A DNA stretch of 64,000 bases from Azolla caroliniana (Eukaryota > Plantae > Polypodiophyta), in assembly GCA_043228905.1 (NCBI GenBank), contig JBHGNT010000009.1, positions 14,756,001 to 14,820,000 of the forward strand. Direction: 5' to 3'. Numbering within the stretch: the first letter of the stretch is position 1; every line of letters starts with the position of its first letter. Below are positions 58,366 to 64,000 of this stretch, in pieces. The notes under the pieces were generated by a model that searched no databases, had not been told where the DNA came from, and was given only the letters and a program-made list of their open reading frames with translations. A program made the position numbers and the translations under genes.

Positions 58366-61300
58366 TGTCGCGAAATTCCGCGTGTACGTGTAGGATCTTA
58401 GGCGGGACCGCGGGGGTCTTGGACTAGGGAGTAGAGGGGGAATGAGAGCTTAACCTTTACGACCTTTGAGCTCAAGAGGAAAGGAGAAAGAATAAGAGGT
58501 TAGCATGATAGACAAAATAGAGACAAGATACATCAACAAACTATCTTAAGAATCCACTATACGATTACAACCATGGCCACGTAGGCCAAATCAAAACCCT
58601 AGAAGAAACCCTAACCGGATAGGTAAAGAAGAAGAAGAATGAAACCCTATGCGAAACCCTAAACCGAAACCCTCAAAATGTTGACTCCCCAAAGAAAACC
58701 CAAAAAAAGTGGAAGCCCCTGAAAAGTGACCCCTCACTCCCTTTTATAGTAGTAAGGGGTGAGGCACATTCCAGAAAGAGGAGTCAAATCCTGTTTCCTT
58801 TAATGGGGAATATCTCCCATGATCTTAAATCGGTGGGCCTTTAACTCTCTCCCCTCACGCTTTCAATGGCACTGCCCATCATATTTGTACCCCCACGTAC
58901 TCCCCTTTCCTACGTGCCCATGTGCACACAAGTCCACATCATCATATTTACACTCAACGAATTTTCATAGAACACCTTAACTTTACATTTGCTTATTTAC
59001 TCCTAGGTTACTAATTTAATAAGTATATGTGGTACGTTGCACATCTCGTATTATTCGTTCTGCTCGGGTTTTGCCACCATGGCCGAAAATCCTCACAACA
59101 TCCGCCCCCACCAAACCGCACATCCACTGGTATGTGCCAAGAAAGGAGAAGAGGTGAGATTTTCAGCAATGGTGATCAACCAAGTTCCGCCACGTCCTTG
59201 TTGGCCTTGACCGACCTCATCTTCCTTTTCGATCATGCACGTCCTTTCTACACGAACCACCATAGCCTCACGATCCACCGTATCCGCCCCGTGTTCCCCA
59301 ACCGTCGGCTCCATCCGATCCACCATACCCGACGCTTGCGCCTTCCTCCTCGGTCGGTCGTAATAGACCAGAACGATCTCCCTGATCCGATCACTCTTCC
59401 TTCGTCCACCGTGCATGTCCTCCGATTGGACTCCCGATCACCCCGATCACATGTCGGATTCTACCCCTCGCGTACCGCGTGTGTTCCTCCTTCGCCTCGA
59501 TTGTCTCCTCGTCCCAAGCACCTCGGCGTGCCGTCTCTCTCCGTTCCGCGCTTGCCTTCCATAGGCTCTACCCACGCGTCGATGTTGACCTCCGAATACG
59601 CGCTCATTCTTAGGTCCTCATGTGACCACATTACGTGCTCCTCATTTTGACCTTGCCCGTGGTGATCTCTCATGATAGAGTGTACCTCCATCCTGACATC
59701 TGTGTTGGGGATCCCCGCTTTAGTTTCCTCCGCGGCTCTCATTACCGCTTCATCTTGACACACACCCTCTCAGCCCGCTCGGCCCCAACCACCCTTCGGG
59801 ATGTTGTGTTTGCTCTCCCCGGTGCGTAGCCCTTCATTCTCCACGCACCTCCTCTGTTTCCCTAGGCACATTCCTCTACTCACGCCGATCATCCGTCGAT
59901 CCCGGCACCTCACCGCTCCATCATCCGTCTCATACTTGCCTCTCAAAGGGTCAACCCAACCGCTATCTTCGGTCACTCATTGCCGCTCTTCTGGGTGCAT
60001 GCTTGTTTCTTGGCCCTCCGCCGGCCGTAGTGCATGCTTCGTATTACGCGCTTCACCCGCTATAGACTCAACCTCCGCGTCGGCCCCTCCTCCCTTCGTT
60101 GTCGTAGTTCTTTCCAACTCCAATTGGCACTCTTGGCCCCACTCGTCCATCTCTCCGAACCGGATACCCGTTTTGGCATCCACATCCACTTCGACCTCCG
60201 ACTCCTCGCCGCCACCCGCCGTCTCTTCGGTCTTATGTTGGCACTCAGGCATAACCGCCATAGTCTCTGGCACCAATGTTTAAGGATCTCGCCTCCGCCC
60301 GCTATAATCTTCCTCGTTCTCCTCGTCATTGTCTCAGTCGCTCGTCTTGCCGCCACCACCGTCTGTCTCTTCGGTCTCACATGGGCCCTGGTGGCCGACC
60401 GCCAAAGTCTCTGAAACTGGTGTGGGCAAGGTCTCGGCACCACCAGTCGTCATGTCTGTAGCCACCTTTACCCGGTCGTCATTGTCCATGGCTACCCTGT
60501 CTCCGGTTACGCAAGCCCCGATTACGCTTGCCTCCTCCTCGCTCGACATTTTGGGCAAAAGTGTCCCGAAACTTCCACCCACTCTCGAAGTGGCGCTCGT
60601 CGCTCCGTAGTCCCTGGCCTTCTCCATGGCCATCCATTTTCCGCAAGACGAGTGGGTTGCTCACTCCATACCCTCTCCCATGTCGTCGTTGCACGCTCTT
60701 TCGGCCTCCACATAGGCCCCATCCTCCATGCATAAGGGGGCGTCTTCCTCCGCGTCCTCCAATCCTCTCGGACCCAACTCTGCAATAGACCCTTCTTCGG
60801 CTTCGATCTTTGTCCTCAATATCTCGCATGCCTCTCGCACCAAAGCTTCTAGGTCGAACTCCTCTGAACCATTACGCGTTGACCTCCCTTCCAACGGTAG
60901 TGCGTAGTCACTCACCACCCTCTCTTCTCCGCCGCTTGCGGGCCGTGTCGTGGCCGACCGTTTCTCATCGTGTTGCCGACATACCCACTCCACTTCAGTC
61001 CAATCCATAATCATCTTCGAGCTCGAATAAAATGTCCATCCTTTCCTCCCGACGGACCATCTTAAAAAATAGGAGGACTTTGTCCGCCCCCACCGATTTC
61101 CGATCCCGCTTCGAGAGTTGAGTGAAATGACACTCGAACTCTCAGAATGCTTCCATTGCGCTCCGATGGGGCTTCACCGACGCAACCCATCGATCAAACT
61201 CATGCCGACTTTGCCCCTCCAGTTTCTTGTACCCGTATGCCTCCAATGAATCTTCCATCCTCTTCCTCCCTTGTTGCCTCTTCACGTTGGGTTCACCAAA

Positions 61301-62025
61301 TAATGTCATGGAATTCCACGTGTACGTGTAGGATCTTAGGTGGGAACGCGGGGGTCTTGGACTAGGGAGTAGAGGGGGAATGAGAGCTTAACCTTTACGA
61401 CCTTTGAGCTTAAGAAGAAAGGAGAAAGAATAAGAGGTTACCATGATAGACAAAATAGAGACAAGATACATCAACAAACTATATTAAGAATCCACTATAC
61501 GATTACAACCATGGCCACGTAGGCCAAATCAAAACCCTAGAAGAAACCCTAACCGGATAGGTAAAGAAGAAGAAGAATGAAACCGTTAACCGAAACCCTC
61601 AAAATGGCAACTCCCCAAAGAAAACCCAAAAAAATGGAAGCCCCTGAAAAGTGACCCCTCACTCCCTTTTATAGTAGTAAGGGTAAGGCACATTACATAA
61701 AGAAGAGTCAAATCTCGTTTCCTTTAATGGGGAATATCTCCCATGATCTTAAATCGATGGGCCTTTAACTCTCTCCCCTCATGCTTTCAATGGCACTGCC
61801 CATCATATTTGTACCCCCACGTACTCCCGTTTCCTATGTGCCCATGTGCACACAAGTCCACATCATCATATTTACACTCAACGAATTTTCGTAGAACACC
61901 TTACACTTTACATTTGCTTATTTACTCCTAGGATACAAATTTAATAAGTATATGTGCTACGTTGCACATCTCGTATTATTTGTTCTGCTCGGGTTTTGCC
62001 ACCATGGCCAAAAATCCTCAAGACA
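58366..62025 (-). mobile_element. Non-autonomous Trp-primed Gypsy element H (3.66 kb)
   Basis: LTRs 58366-59100 and 61304-62025, 4-bp TSD CCGG, PBS 61281-61298, PPT GGTGGGGGCGGA. Only a degenerate gag N-terminus (EFECHFTQLSKRDR...DKVLLFFK) plus unrecognised acidic sequence. Confidence 0.9.
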
Positions 62026-62338
62026 CCGGTCCGAATCCTTCCTTCAACTTGTCCGGATCCCATCCGGAGAGACCGAATTCCCAACAAACTCCCCCTTCAC
62101 TTCGGCATGGGATTTCTCATTAGTCCAATCTGTCTCCGGCACGTATCTAGTTTGTCAGCTGACAAAACCTTGGTCAGCATATCCGACCCATTCTCCTCCA
62201 TGTGGAACTTCGTCAGCACGAAGTCTTGATCTTCTACCTTCTCTCGGAGCCAGTGATATCTTCTCTAGATGTGTTTCATCTGGGAATGGTAGGCCGCATT
62301 CTTTGCAAGGTGGATGACACTTTGACTGTCGTAGTGGA

Positions 62339-62728
62339 TAACAATCGGCAAGGATTCGGTTTGAACCGAACTAAACCGCGAAACCGCGGCTTAACGGCTT
62401 AATGGTTTCAATGGTTCGGTTCGGTTTTATTTTTTATTTTAAAAATATAAAAAAAATTTAAAATTTTTTTTAAACAATCTTTTCATTTTTCAGACCTTAT
62501 TCTCACATTTTAGGAACATCTTTAAAAAAATTTAAAATGAAATATTATAAATTTTAAAAAAGTAAAAATTAAAAATTAAAAGTTTGACCTATGCTGAAAA
62601 CCAAAACCAAACCATGAAATCATGGTTTTTACAGTTTAATGGTTTAATGGTTCAGTTTAACGGTTTCGTAGTTTGGTTCGGTTTGGACCCTCTCGAACCG
62701 AATCAAACCGAACCGTTGTCGATTGTTA
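62339..62728. mobile_element. hAT-type MITE (390 bp) inside the copia RNase H
   Basis: About 26-bp imperfect TIR TAACAATCGRCAASGRTTCGGTTTGA, 8-bp TSD GTAGTGGA/GTAATGGA, many subterminal AAACCG/CGGTT motifs and an AT-rich core. Confidence 0.85.
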
Positions 62729-64000
62729 GTAATGGAGCCGGAATTCCTCCTGCCAGATTCCCAACTCTCCAATAAAGTCCTTGATCGAGATTAGTTCCTT
62801 TCCGGCTTCCACGGCTGCCATGTACCGCGTCTATTGTCGACAATGCAACGGACTTCTGCAGCCTCGACTACCATGCAATGGCTCCCCCTACATAAGTCAT
62901 GACATATCCAGATGTAGACCGGATGGTATCCACATCATCCGACATATCCGAATCTGTAAATACGTCCAGTAGGGGTTTACTGGAGCCGAATCGGAGGCAC
63001 ATACTCGGGGTGCCTTTCAAATACCAGAGTATCCACTTGACCGTGGTCTAGTGCTCTTGGCCCGGATTGCTCATGAACCGACTGACTACTCCAACAACAT
63101 ATGCAATATCCAACCGGGTGCACACCATTGCATACATTAAACTTCCGATGAAAGAGGCATATGGTATCTTCATCATATCCAACTTCTCCGCCTTTGTCTT
63201 CGGGCTTTGCTTTCCGAACAACTTGCAATTTGCCGAAAGTGTCGATCCGACTGGTTTCACATCCGACATGTTGAACCGTTTAAGAACCTTTGTCACATAC
63301 TTCTCCTGTGACAGCCATAGCAATTTCTTCGACCAGTCCCGGATTATGTGCATCCCCAGTATCTGTCTCACCGGACCCAAATCTTTTAGTGAGAAGGTCC
63401 GGTTCAAAGCCTTCTTCAGATTTCCGATTTTGGTTTGGTCCAATCCAACGATCAACATGTCATCTACATACAATAGGAGTATCAAGAAGGCACCTCTGTC
63501 AAATTTCTTCACGAACACGCAATGGTCGGCTTGCGTCTTGTGGTACCCTTGGTCGATCATGAAGGAGTCGAACTTCAGGTACCATTGTTGGGAGCTTGCT
63601 TCAGTCCGTATAAGCTCTTCTTCAGCTAGCATACCATGTGCTCCTTCCCTTTCTTCACAAACCCTTCTGGTTGCTGCATGTAGATTTCTTCTTCGAGGTC
63701 ACCATGGAGGAACGTCATCTTGACGTCTAGTTGCTCTACCTCAAGGTCCATGCTTGCTGCTATGCTCAACACCGTCTGGATGGATGTCATCTTTATAACC
63801 GGGGCAAAGATTTCATCGAAATCCACACTTTTCTTCTGTTGGAACCCCTTCACCACGATTCGTTCTTTGTACCTTGGTGGATTTCCGGCATCTCCCGTTT
63901 TCAGCTTGTACATCCACTTATTCCGAAGTGATCTCTTTCCTTTCGGTAGCTCCATCAATTCATATGTGTGGTTCCCATGCAGGGAATCCATCTCGTTCTA

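Larger units (their letters stand above)
57956..64000 (-). mobile_element. Decayed copia related to C: RT-RH, PPT, and a 3' LTR (about 57956-62086) interrupted by element H
   Basis: LLLYVDDMLI, DLEVEQLDVK. PPT at 62087-62100. The LTR start TGTTGGGAATTCGG resembles that of C. Confidence 0.88.

Noticed and set aside
58590-58680. Interstitial telomere (also 41052-41068)
   Set aside because: Only scattered AAACCCT(A) telo-box-like motifs, which are common in plant LTRs and promoters; there is no array.

Overview
This is transposon-rich land-plant DNA. The retroelement families suggest a non-seed plant (moss, lycophyte or fern), which is an inference. I found no ordinary host gene. About 50 kb is a nest of LTR retrotransposons: a tRNA-Arg-primed Ty3/Gypsy, several tRNA-Met-primed Ty1/Copia elements, and a tRNA-Trp-primed Ty3/Gypsy family with near-intact, decayed and gag-only members, plus two hAT-type MITEs. 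The main candidate novelty is a 12.7-kb DNA transposon (42672-55412) with 27-bp TIRs, GGG termini and a TTAT target-site duplication. It carries two convergent, apparently intact spliced genes: a Sola2-like DDD transposase (about 813 aa) and an accessory protein with a coiled-coil-like segment and a RING-H2 finger (about 937 aa). Each gene has a tandem array in one intron. The Trp-primed Gypsy family shows a GGAUUUU -1 frameshift site with a covarying pseudoknot after the protease, 4-bp MCGK target sites, tRNA-like A/B-box cassettes in several LTRs and a conserved pre-PPT hairpin. All coordinates and alignments were read by eye; no database searches were run.
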